DNA from: an uncultured delta proteobacterium
GTDB lineage: Bacteria; Desulfobacterota; WTBG01
DNA: 64,000 nt
Direction: 5' to 3'
NCBI GenBank assembly: GCA_963751515.1
Contig: CAVVUR010000002.1
Span: 69,888-133,887, forward strand
Shown: piece by piece, positions 1 to 8,772 of the stretch
Layout: the number at the start of each line of letters is the position of its first letter
Position numbering within the stretch: position 1 is the first letter of the stretch
Made by a program: the position numbers and the translations under genes
Notes under the pieces: model-generated
The model's input: the letters and a program-made list of their open reading frames with translations, nothing else
Databases searched by the model: none
What the model was told of the DNA's origin: nothing

Positions 1-115
1 TGCCCCACACCGACGGAAGGCTCTTCCCCGAAGTGAGCGCGAGGCTGTCTGCCGCCAAAAAAATATGCTGAACCTGTCGCCGGGGTGACGGGACGAAGGC
101 CCGGAGTACGCTTGC

Positions 116-901
116 ATGAGCACGGTTATCGCCATTGCCGGAAAAGGGGGGACAGGCAAGACCACCATTGCCGGGCTGATTATCAGGTATCTGCGCCGAA
201 GCGGCCGCGTGCCCATCCTGGCGGTTGATGCGGATCCCGACTCAAATCTGCCCCAGGCCATAGGCCTGGGCGCTGAAAAAAGCATCAGCACCATCGGCAG
301 GGCGCGGCAGGACTTTTTTGTAAGCAGGGGGGCGGTGCCGGCGGGCGTTCCCAAGGAAGCCTATCTGGAACTGCGCTTGAACGAGGCGCTGGTTGAGACG
401 TCGGACATAGACCTGCTGGTGATGGGCCGACCCGAAGGCGCGGGATGCTATTGCTACATCAACAATGTGTTGCGAAGCTTTCTTGAATCGCTGGGCAGGA
501 ATTACCCGTATGTGGTAATCGACAACGAGGCGGGGCTGGAGCACCTGAGCAGGCGCACCGCCCAGCGGATCGATATGCTGGTGGTTGTGTCCGACTATTC
601 GGTTAACGGGCTTCGCGCGGCGGGGAGGATTCGCCAGCTCTCGGAAGAGCTGGAGCTTGAGATCGGCAGGCGCTTTCTGGTGATTAACCGGGTGCCCGGC
701 GAGCTGGACGGGGCTTTCAGGAAGCGGGCCGAGGGGCAGGGCCTCGGCCTCCTGGGGGTGGTCCCGCTTGACGAAGGCATCAGCGAGGGCGACCTGGAGG
801 GGAGGGCGGTGATTGACCTGCCGGACGGGAACAGGGCGGTCGGGGCGGTGAATGACTTCATGCAAAAGATCATTGCCGCGGCCTCAAAACAGGGGGGATA
901 A
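116..901 (+). CDS. cooC: CODH/ACS nickel-insertion accessory ATPase (CooC/AcsF family)
   Basis: 261-aa ORF with N-terminal P-loop AIAGKGGTGKTT and a CooC-type GCYCY metal motif; sits directly upstream of the acs genes. Confidence 0.9.
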   Translation: MSTVIAIAGKGGTGKTTIAGLIIRYLRRSGRVPILAVDADPDSNLPQAIGLGAEKSISTIGRARQDFFVSRGAVPAGVPKEAYLELRLNEALVETSDIDLLVMGRPEGAGCYCYINNVLRSFLESLGRNYPYVVIDNEAGLEHLSRRTAQRIDMLVVVSDYSVNGLRAAGRIRQLSEELELEIGRRFLVINRVPGELDGAFRKRAEGQGLGLLGVVPLDEGISEGDLEGRAVIDLPDGNRAVGAVNDFMQKIIAAASKQGG

Positions 902-907
902 AGAGGG

Positions 908-1809
908 ATGACGGCAAAAATAATAAACGGAACGAGATCGCGCAGCAGATCCGGGAAGAACTGCGGCAGGAAGTTGCTGCCATGAAGGAAAAGCATAAGG
1001 TGGTGCCCGGCCTTGTGACCATACTGGTGGGTGAGAATCCCGCATCGGTGAGCTATGTAACGGCAAAGCAGAAGACCTCCCATGAGCTGGGTTTTTATTC
1101 CGTTCAGGACAACCAGCCCGCCGATGTTTCAGAAGAGCAGCTCTGAGCTGATCGAGCAGTATAACAGGACCGAAAATTCACGGCATACTGGTGCAGCTGC
1201 CCCTGCCCAAGCACATTGATGAAAAGAAGGTCTTCAATGCCATCGATCCGGACAAGGATGTGGACGCTTTTCATCCGGTCAATGTGGGCAGGCTCATGAT
1301 TGGCGGGGATGAGGCAAAGTTTCTGCCCTGCACGCCGGCAGGCATACAGGAGCTGATCGCGCGCTCGGGCTATGCAACCGACGGGGCCGAGGTGGTCGTG
1401 GTGGGCAGGTCAAATATCGTCGGCAAGCCCATTGCCAATATCCTGCTGCAAAAGGCCCAAGGCCAACGCCACGGTGACCATCGTGCATACCGGCACCAAA
1501 GACATGGCAAGCCACTGCAAGCGGGCGGATATTCTGATCGTGGCCGCGGGCGTGCCCGATCTGGTCAAGCCGGAATGGATAAAGCCGGGGGCCTGCGTCA
1601 TTGATGTGGGCGTGAACCGCGTGGGGGAAAAGATCAGCGAAAAGACCGGCAAAAAGATCGCCATGCTCAAAGGCGATGTTGATTTTGATGCTGCAAAAGA
1701 AATTGCCGGCGCCATTACGCCTGTGCCGGGCGGCGTGGGCCCCATGACCATCACCATGCTCATGGCAAACACGGTCAGGGCGGCAAAGTTCGCGCTCAAA
1801 ATTCCGTAA
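908..1809 (+). pseudogene. folD: Bifunctional methylene-THF dehydrogenase / methenyl-THF cyclohydrolase FolD, interrupted by 4 frameshifts (probably sequencing indels)
   Basis: FolD hallmarks spread over three reading frames: [95 protein letters not shown]. Frame order is 2>1>2>0>1. Each shift is repaired by adding bases to short homopolymers. Confidence 0.8.
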
Positions 1810-1835
1810 TGCAGTTTGTGCACAGGAGGTATTTC

Positions 1836-3362
1836 ATGGCAGTCACGATTTCACCCCAGAAATATGCCGGCAGCGTTCGGCCGATGCTCATCGGCTCGGG
1901 AGAAAAGGCATTCACGGTCGGCGGCGATACGGCCTATCCCTTTTTCACCTTTGAGGGTAAGATGCCCAACGTGCCCAGAATCGGAATACAGGTGCCGGAT
2001 TGCGCCCCTGACGACTGGGCGGAGGCCTGCCTTGAGCCCTACCGGGATGTGCTCAACGATCCGGTAGCCTGGGCCAAAAAAGCGCAGGATGAATACGGCG
2101 CTGATTTTATCCAGCTCTGGCTCAAGAGCACGGATCCCAACGGTCTCAACCGGAGCGCCGCGGATGCGGCGCAAACCGCGAAAGAGGTTGCCGCCGCCAT
2201 AAAGGTCCCGCTGCTGGTGTGGGGCTGCGCCAACGCGGCCAAGGACGCGGAGGTGCTGAGCAAGGTGGCCGAGGTGTGCGCCGGAAAGGATTTGATGATC
2301 GGGCCCGTCTGCGAGGACAACCACCGGCAGCTGGGCGCCCAGGCGCTGGCGTACAACCTGACCGTGGTCGCCAACAGCCCCATCGACATCAATCTGGCAA
2401 AGCAGCTCAACATCCTGCTCAACAATCTCGGCGTTCCCCTTGATAAAATCATTATAGACCCCACCACCGGCGGCCTCGGCTACGGCATTGAGTACACCTT
2501 TTCGGTAATGGAGCGCATACGGCAGGCCGCTTTAACCCAGGACGATGACAAGCTGCAGTGCCCTTTCATGAGCAACCTGGCGGACGAGGTGTGGAAGTGC
2601 AAGGAGGCAAAATTGCCCTCCGATGCCAAAATGGGTGATGCCGCCACACGGGGCGTGCTGATGGAGGCCATAACCGCCGTCACGCTTTTGAATGCCGGGG
2701 CTGAAATGCTGGTCATGCGGCACCCGGAGGCCATCAGCCGGGTGCGCGAGTACATTGCGGAGCTTGGCGGTTTCGCGCTGCCGGCACGGGCGAAGGCGAA
2801 AGTAACCCCCCTGCAGAAGGAGGCGGCGCCCGCATCGCGGCCCGCGGCTGCCGCCGGGACAGCCTCAGCGGTCATGGCTTCTCTCCGGGATGGCGGGCGC
2901 TGCAAAATCATGCAGTGCGTGGACACCCCGTCGGAGCTGGCCCCGGGATACGCCATGGCGCTCATCAGGATCATTGCGGACGACGAGGCAGCGGGGGATG
3001 ACCTGGTCCTGATGTCGGCACAGGCGGCCGCGGCTGAAACGGCCCCGGTTCTGGAAGCCGCTGAAGTTCCGGGAAGCCCATCGCAGGAGGCGGCCAAGCC
3101 CGCCTTTCAGCCGGCGCCGGCCTGGTCGCCGCTCGAGGATCCGACCGCGGGGTACAGCTATAGCCTCGAGGAAAAGAAGGATTTTGCCGGCCGTCAGGTT
3201 AAGCTCATTCAGAACAACTACGAGGCGGGCCGGGCGGAGGGAAAAGGCGACTGGCGCGGCACGCTTCAAGACAAGGAAGAGCTGATCCGGCAGGTGAAGA
3301 CCGGGCTGCATTACTGGTACGGCGAAGGATATGGCAGCGAGCGGCGCAAGAAGCCGGCGTAG
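1836..3362 (+). CDS. acsD: Corrinoid iron-sulfur protein small subunit (AcsD/CdhD) with ~190-aa C-terminal extension
   Basis: AGGAGG RBS before the ATG at 1836. The N-terminal ~310 aa look like AcsD/CdhD (TIM-barrel type, DPTTGGLGYGIEY). An Ala/Pro-rich linker and an extra C-terminal domain follow. Confidence 0.8.
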   Translation: MAVTISPQKYAGSVRPMLIGSGEKAFTVGGDTAYPFFTFEGKMPNVPRIGIQVPDCAPDDWAEACLEPYRDVLNDPVAWAKKAQDEYGADFIQLWLKSTDPNGLNRSAADAAQTAKEVAAAIKVPLLVWGCANAAKDAEVLSKVAEVCAGKDLMIGPVCEDNHRQLGAQALAYNLTVVANSPIDINLAKQLNILLNNLGVPLDKIIIDPTTGGLGYGIEYTFSVMERIRQAALTQDDDKLQCPFMSNLADEVWKCKEAKLPSDAKMGDAATRGVLMEAITAVTLLNAGAEMLVMRHPEAISRVREYIAELGGFALPARAKAKVTPLQKEAAPASRPAAAAGTASAVMASLRDGGRCKIMQCVDTPSELAPGYAMALIRIIADDEAAGDDLVLMSAQAAAAETAPVLEAAEVPGSPSQEAAKPAFQPAPAWSPLEDPTAGYSYSLEEKKDFAGRQVKLIQNNYEAGRAEGKGDWRGTLQDKEELIRQVKTGLHYWYGEGYGSERRKKPA

Positions 3363-3394
3363 CTTAATTATTAATCCCTCGAAGGAGGAGACCC

Positions 3395-5602
3395 GTGTCC
3401 AAGATCATATCATCCGCGGCCATTCGGGGCGCGCACAAGATTGCCCACCGTGTTGAGGAAAAGTACGCCGGGGCGCTGGCCAGGTATGGCCCCGACCAGA
3501 AGATCGGATTTCCCGACACCGCCTATTACCTTCCCATTATCTACTCCATGCTGGGCATCCCGGTGAAGAATCTGGGTGATTGCCAGCTGGTGTTCCGGCG
3601 GAGCCGGACGCTGCTCCCGCCGCTGGTAAAGGAAACCCATCACCTCCCCTACCTGGCCCCCGCCCTGGACGCGGGAATGGCCACCCTCTTCTACGAAGAA
3701 GTGGAGGAGGCGATCCGCTACCTGGAGCAGCCTGAATTTTACCTGACCGGGGAAGAGGTCTCGGACAAAAACATCTGGCTGGGCGCCGCCAATGACATTA
3801 TCCTGAGGAAGCGGGGGGTTGAATTTGTTGACGGCAGCGCGCCCGGCTTCGCCGCGGTGGTGGGCGCTGCCCCCGACAAGGAGACGGCCGCGAACATCGC
3901 CCACGAGCTGCAGCTCAAGAATCTCTATGTGTTCATGGCCTCCCACACCGACGGGGTCAGGTTTTCCGAGCAGCTGGTGGATGCGGGGGTGCAGATCGGC
4001 TGGAACACGCGGCTGGTTTCCTTCGGTCCCGACATCTCAGCGGCGGTGTTTGCGCTGGGGTTTGCGGCGCGCGCCGCCATGGCCTTCGGCGGCATCAAGC
4101 CGGGCGACTTCAGAAAAAACCTCATCTACAACAAGGATCGCATCTTCGCCTTTGTGCTCGCCCTGGGCTTTGTCTCCGATGAGTGGTATGCCAACGCCGC
4201 GGGCTGCATCAATTTCGGGTTTCCGGTCATCGCCGATACCCCCATACCGGAAGTGCTGCCCACGGGGATCTGCACCTATGAGCATGTGGTCTCCAATGTC
4301 CCCCATGACCAGATGGTGGCGCGGTCCATCGAAGTCAGGGGGCTCAAGGTAAGCGTCACCGAGGTTCCCATCCCCGTGGCCTACGGCCCCGCCTTCGAGG
4401 GAGAGCGGGTGCGCGGCGATGACATTTACCTCGAGTGCGGCGGGGGAAGGACGCAGATGATCGAGATCTCTGAGATGAAGGACATGTCGGAGGTCGAGGA
4501 CGGGAAAATCGAGCTGGTGGGCAAGGACATTACCGATGTTCCCGCCAAGAGCAGGCTGCCGCTGGCCATCTTCGTCGAGATTGCCGGCCGCCAGATGCAG
4601 GAGGACTTTCTTCCCATCCTGGAGCGCCAGATCCACCACCTGATCAACTATGCCCAGGGCCTGATGCATATCGGCCAGCGGGATATAGCCTGGATCAGGA
4701 TCGCCAAGCAGGCGGTGGAAAAAGGGCTGACCCTCAAGGACATCGGCAGGATCATCCATGCCATGTTCCACAAGGACTTCGGCGCCATCCTGGACAAGGT
4801 ACAAATCACCCTCTACACCGAGGAGGAGAAGGTGCAGGAAATCACCCGCCGGGCGCGGGAGGTGTTCAAAATCCGCGACGAGCGCATTGCCGGCATGACC
4901 GACGAGGATGAGCCGGTCTACTATTCCTGCACCCTCTGCCAGTCATTCGCCCCGTCCCATGTCTGCGTGGTGACGCCCGAGAGAACAGGGCTGTGCGGCG
5001 CCTACAACTGGCTTGACTGCAAGGCGTCGAACGAGATTAATCCCACCGGTCCCAACCAGCCCATTGAGAAGGGCGAGGTGCTCGACGGCCGCTACGGAAG
5101 CTGGACCGGTGTCAACGGCTTTATCAGGAAGGCCTCCCGCGGCAATGTGCAGTCGGCGAACGCCTACAGCATTATGTCCAATCCCATGACCTCCTGCGGA
5201 TGCTTTGAATGCATCGCCGCCTACCTGGACAAGTGCAACGGGGTGATGACCGTCGACCGGGACTTCAAGGGCGAGTCCACGCCCTGCGGCATGAAATTCA
5301 CCACCCTTGCCGGCACGGTGGGAGGCGGCAACCAGACACCAGGCTTTGTGGGCCACAGCAAGCATTACATCGGTTCAAAAAAGTTTCTCAGGGCCGAAGG
5401 GGGGATCAAGCGCCTGGTGTGGATACCCAGGCACCTCAAGGAAGAGCTTCGCGACAAAATCAATGAGCAGGGAAAGCTCCTGGGCGTGGAGAACCTGGCG
5501 GACCGCATTGCCGATGAAACGGTCGGCCTGACCCAGGAGGAGATACTGCCCTTCCTGAAGGAAAAGAAACATCCGGCACTGGAGATGGAGTCCATGATCT
5601 GA
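3395..5602 (+). CDS. acsB: Acetyl-CoA synthase catalytic subunit (A-cluster; AcsB/CdhC)
   Basis: 735 aa, GTG start after GAAGGAGG. Contains the A-cluster Cys motif SCGCFEC and CxxxxxxC upstream. Length and context are typical of bacterial AcsB. Confidence 0.9.
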   Translation: MSKIISSAAIRGAHKIAHRVEEKYAGALARYGPDQKIGFPDTAYYLPIIYSMLGIPVKNLGDCQLVFRRSRTLLPPLVKETHHLPYLAPALDAGMATLFYEEVEEAIRYLEQPEFYLTGEEVSDKNIWLGAANDIILRKRGVEFVDGSAPGFAAVVGAAPDKETAANIAHELQLKNLYVFMASHTDGVRFSEQLVDAGVQIGWNTRLVSFGPDISAAVFALGFAARAAMAFGGIKPGDFRKNLIYNKDRIFAFVLALGFVSDEWYANAAGCINFGFPVIADTPIPEVLPTGICTYEHVVSNVPHDQMVARSIEVRGLKVSVTEVPIPVAYGPAFEGERVRGDDIYLECGGGRTQMIEISEMKDMSEVEDGKIELVGKDITDVPAKSRLPLAIFVEIAGRQMQEDFLPILERQIHHLINYAQGLMHIGQRDIAWIRIAKQAVEKGLTLKDIGRIIHAMFHKDFGAILDKVQITLYTEEEKVQEITRRAREVFKIRDERIAGMTDEDEPVYYSCTLCQSFAPSHVCVVTPERTGLCGAYNWLDCKASNEINPTGPNQPIEKGEVLDGRYGSWTGVNGFIRKASRGNVQSANAYSIMSNPMTSCGCFECIAAYLDKCNGVMTVDRDFKGESTPCGMKFTTLAGTVGGGNQTPGFVGHSKHYIGSKKFLRAEGGIKRLVWIPRHLKEELRDKINEQGKLLGVENLADRIADETVGLTQEEILPFLKEKKHPALEMESMI

Positions 5603-5625
5603 TGTGCTCATGCAGTGACGTTGTT

Positions 5626-5926
5626 CTAGCAGGCTGTTGAAAAACACCCATCTGATTCGTGGCTCAAAGGGGAGGGGCTTTTGACGCCACAACAATTTGT
5701 CTTTAGACTTACGGCACGACCCGGTGCCTTCGACTTGAACCGAAAGCAGGCAGCTTTGCAGAGACTTCGATACGGCTGCTGCCATGCGGGTCTGTCGGAC
5801 AAAGTTAGAGAGATGCTGCCGTTCTACAGGTTCCGAATACTTTTGTTGTGGCTAAAAAGCCCTTCCCCCTTGAGCCACATACTTTTGAACAGCCTGAGGA
5901 AAGCTATTATTTCAACAGCCTGCTAG
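5626..5926 (+). repeat. Nested palindromic intergenic repeat, copy 1 (core 5659-5878 inside a CTA...TAG-flanked shell, variant A)
   Basis: Core has ~36-bp terminal inverted repeats, GTGGCTCAAAGGGGAGGGGCTTTTGACGCCACAACAA / TTGTTGTGGCTAAAAAGCCCTTCCCCCTTGAGCCAC. Outer inverted repeat is CTAGCAGGCTGTTGAAAAA ... TTTCAACAGCCTGCTAG. Five further copies occur in the window. Confidence 0.9.
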
Positions 5927-5968
5927 TGCGTGCAGGGAAGGGCTGCACCGCGTGCACAGGAGGTAACG

Positions 5969-7324
5969 ATGGCGCTTACCGGAATTGAAATTTTTAAATT
6001 GCTTCCCAAGACAAACTGCCAGGAATGCGGCGTTCCCACCTGCATGGCCTTCGCGGTGAAACTGGCGGCCGGGCAGGCGGAGCTGGACTCCTGTCCCTAT
6101 GTGAGCAAGGAATCGCGGGAGAAGCTGGAGGAGGCCTCCGCGCCGCCCATCCGTCCGGTGGTGATCGGCCCGGGTGAAGGAGCCCTGAAAGTCGGCGGTG
6201 AGACGGTGATGTTCCGGCACGAAAAGACCTTTGTCAACAAGCCCGGCATCGGCCTTCTCATCACCGATGCCATGGGCGATACCGAGCTGGAAGGCAGGCT
6301 GAAAACGTTCAGGGAGCTGGAGTACGAGCGGGTCGGCCTTCTTTTAAAAGCGGACATCGTGGCCGTAAAGGACACCACCGGGGATGCCCGGAAGTTTGCC
6401 GGGACGGTAGAAAAGGTGATAAAGGCGGGGATTAAAAACCTGGTTTTGATGAGCGATACAACCGGGGTCCTGAAGGCGGGGGTAACGGCGGCCGCGGATT
6501 GCAAACCGCTTCTCTATGCGGCAACAAACGAAAATCTCGAGGAACTGGGCAAACTGGCCCTTGAGCAGAGCTGCCCGCTGGCGGTAAAGGGGAACGGCCT
6601 GGAGGAGGTTGCCGCCATGACCGTCAAGCTCACCGAGATGAAGATCAAGGACATCGTTGTGGACACCGGCGCCAGGAAGCTGAGCCAGGCCTTTCAGGAC
6701 CACATCGCCATTCGCAGGGCGGCGCTGGTTGACCGGTTCCGCCCCCTGGGTTTTCCCACCATCGTCTTCCCCTGCGAGATGACCGACGACCCCGTCCAGG
6801 AGGCCATTATCGCCGCAACCTTCATACCCAAGTACGGCGGCATCATCATTCTGTCAACGGTTGAAGGGCACAATCTTTTCCCGCTGGCGCTGCAGCGGAT
6901 GAACATCTATACCGATCCCCAGCGGCCCATGGCCACCACGGAAGGCATTTACGAGATCAACAACCCCGACGAGAACTCGCCGGTGCTGATAACCAGCAAC
7001 TTCTCCCTCACCTATTTTATTGTATCGGGCGAGGTGGAGTCCAGCCGGGTTCCCGCCTGGCTGCTCATCAAGGACACCGAGGGACTTTCGGTGCTCACCG
7101 CCTGGGCGGCGGGAAAGTTTGTGGCCGATGCCATCGCCCCGTTTGTAAAAAAGTGCGGCATCGAGGGAAAGATCAAGCACAGAAAGCTCATCATACCGGG
7201 GGCGGCCGCAACCATCAGCGGAGAACTGGATGAAGAACTTAAGGACTGGGAGGTTCAAATCGGGCCGCGGGAAGCAGCCCACATTACGCCCTTCCTGAAA
7301 AACCTCGCCTCCGGGAAGGCATAA
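5969..7324 (+). CDS. acsC: Corrinoid iron-sulfur protein large subunit (AcsC/CdhE)
   Basis: AGGAGG RBS. N-terminal [4Fe-4S] motif CQECGVPTCMAF...CPY, then TIM-barrel and B12-binding-like regions; lies between acsB and acsE. Confidence 0.85.
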   Translation: MALTGIEIFKLLPKTNCQECGVPTCMAFAVKLAAGQAELDSCPYVSKESREKLEEASAPPIRPVVIGPGEGALKVGGETVMFRHEKTFVNKPGIGLLITDAMGDTELEGRLKTFRELEYERVGLLLKADIVAVKDTTGDARKFAGTVEKVIKAGIKNLVLMSDTTGVLKAGVTAAADCKPLLYAATNENLEELGKLALEQSCPLAVKGNGLEEVAAMTVKLTEMKIKDIVVDTGARKLSQAFQDHIAIRRAALVDRFRPLGFPTIVFPCEMTDDPVQEAIIAATFIPKYGGIIILSTVEGHNLFPLALQRMNIYTDPQRPMATTEGIYEINNPDENSPVLITSNFSLTYFIVSGEVESSRVPAWLLIKDTEGLSVLTAWAAGKFVADAIAPFVKKCGIEGKIKHRKLIIPGAAATISGELDEELKDWEVQIGPREAAHITPFLKNLASGKA

Positions 7325-7475
7325 GATTTCTCATGCCGGCGGGAGTCTGACTGAGTGACAACCGGCAGGAACGGCTTTAAGCCGCAAATGAATGGCATGA
7401 ATGCGCTCCTGCCGAAAGTTCGACCATGTTTGGTTTATTGTTAACGATTGTGACACACACGGGGGGATCAAAGCC

Positions 7476-8363
7476 ATGATAGTAGCCATCGCCGAGAGCA
7501 TTAACATCATGTCCAAGACCATAGGGCCGGCCATGCGGGAGAAAAACCCCAGGCCCATCCAGGAAATGGCCATCGCCGAGGCAGAGGCCGGTGCGCAGTT
7601 TCTCGACGTCAACATAGGGCCCGCGCGCAAGGGCGGCGCCGAGATGATGGAGTGGCTGGTCAGGACCATCCACGAGGTGGTGGATCTGCCCCTCTCGCTT
7701 GATACCACCAACCTGGAGGCCATGGAGGCGGGCTTGAAGGCCCACAAAAAAGGAGGGCGGCCGCTGGTCAATTCCGTTTCCTGTCAGCTTGACCGCATTG
7801 ATCCGGGGCTCGACCTGGTTAAAAAATACGGCGCGCTCATGGTGGGACTGCTTTGGGGAACCGACGGGATGCCGCGGGACGTGAATGAACGGGCGTCCCT
7901 GGCCGTGGATCTTATCATCAAGGCCAACGAAAAGGGGATTCCCAATGAGGATATTTTCATCGATCCCATTGCAACCCCCATCAGCGGAGAGATAAACCAG
8001 GTGAAGGCCTGTCTGGAGTTTATGGGCATGCTGCAGGATCTGGGCCCCGGCTGCAAATCGACTGTGGGATTGTCAAACGTCTCCAATGGCGCCCCTGACG
8101 CATTGCGCCCCTTTTTGAACCGTCCCTATCTCCTCATGCTCCACAAGCAGGGGCTCTACTCGGCTATTGTTGACGCGTACGATAAGGAAATGATGGCCCT
8201 CTGCAAAGGCGGGATGCCGGAACTGCGAGAGCTGGTTGCGAAGCTGATGGAAGGCCGGCCGGTTGATATGGCGGCCCTTTCAGAAAAAGAAAAGCAGTAT
8301 GCCAAATCAGTGAAAGTGCTTCAGGGGCAGGTGCTGTTCTCTAACTCCTGGCTGGACACCTAG
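7476..8363 (+). CDS. acsE: Methyl-THF:corrinoid/iron-sulfur protein methyltransferase
   Basis: Pterin-binding, DHPS-like sequence (FLDVNIGP, LSLDT, NSVS, IDPI, GLSNVS). Start chosen at the internal ATG 7476 of ORF 7401-8363. Confidence 0.85.
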   Translation: MIVAIAESINIMSKTIGPAMREKNPRPIQEMAIAEAEAGAQFLDVNIGPARKGGAEMMEWLVRTIHEVVDLPLSLDTTNLEAMEAGLKAHKKGGRPLVNSVSCQLDRIDPGLDLVKKYGALMVGLLWGTDGMPRDVNERASLAVDLIIKANEKGIPNEDIFIDPIATPISGEINQVKACLEFMGMLQDLGPGCKSTVGLSNVSNGAPDALRPFLNRPYLLMLHKQGLYSAIVDAYDKEMMALCKGGMPELRELVAKLMEGRPVDMAALSEKEKQYAKSVKVLQGQVLFSNSWLDT

Positions 8364-8696
8364 TGTAGTGCGTCATTGATTCCTTTATTTATATGTGGCT
8401 CAAGGGGGAGGGGCTTTTTAGCCACAACAAAATTATTCCGGATCCTGTAGAACGGCAGCGTCTCTCTAACTTTGTCCGACAGACCCGCGTGGCACCAGCC
8501 TGTATCGAAGCCTCTGCAAAGCTGCCTGTCTGCGGTTGAAGTCACAAGGCACCGGGTCGTGCCGTAAGCGTAAAGACACATTGTTGTGGCGTCAAAAGCC
8601 CCTCCCCTTTGAGCCACTGAACCTCTTCTACGGCATGGTATTCGCAACGCACAGGAGCCTTTCATAAGTAAAGATGTGTTGGACGCACTACACTAG
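8360..8696 (-). repeat. Nested palindromic intergenic repeat, copy 2 (core 8395-8617, inverted; shell variant B), followed by a half-copy of the variant-A shell at 8693-8735
   Basis: Same core as copy 1 in opposite orientation. Outer inverted repeat is CTAGTGTAGTGCGTC ... GACGCACTACACTAG. The left TAG (8361-8363) is the acsE stop codon. Confidence 0.9.
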
Positions 8697-8772
8697 CCGG
8701 CTGGTGAAAACACCCATCTGCTGTGTTACGTACAAGATGTGCTTCTCTGCCGGGCGTTAAAGGAGTAGTTGT

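Noticed and set aside
1-115. Possible 3' end of an upstream gene (acsA/cooS?) at the left edge
   Set aside because: All three frames terminate within 36-86 nt and the fragments (11-28 codons) carry no recognisable motif, so nothing can be called.
5659-5700. GGGGAGGGG tracts in the repeat arms as G-quadruplex motifs
   Set aside because: Only two G-runs occur per arm, and the partner arm is C-rich on the same strand. Duplex or hairpin formation explains the sequence better.
5681-5926. Small ORFs inside the palindromic repeats (e.g. 5681-5926, 49121-49309, 51194-51379, 60993-61202) as possible conserved peptides
   Set aside because: Copies differ by indels that shift the frame, so no reading frame is conserved across all six copies. 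There is no RBS, and both orientations relative to transcription occur.
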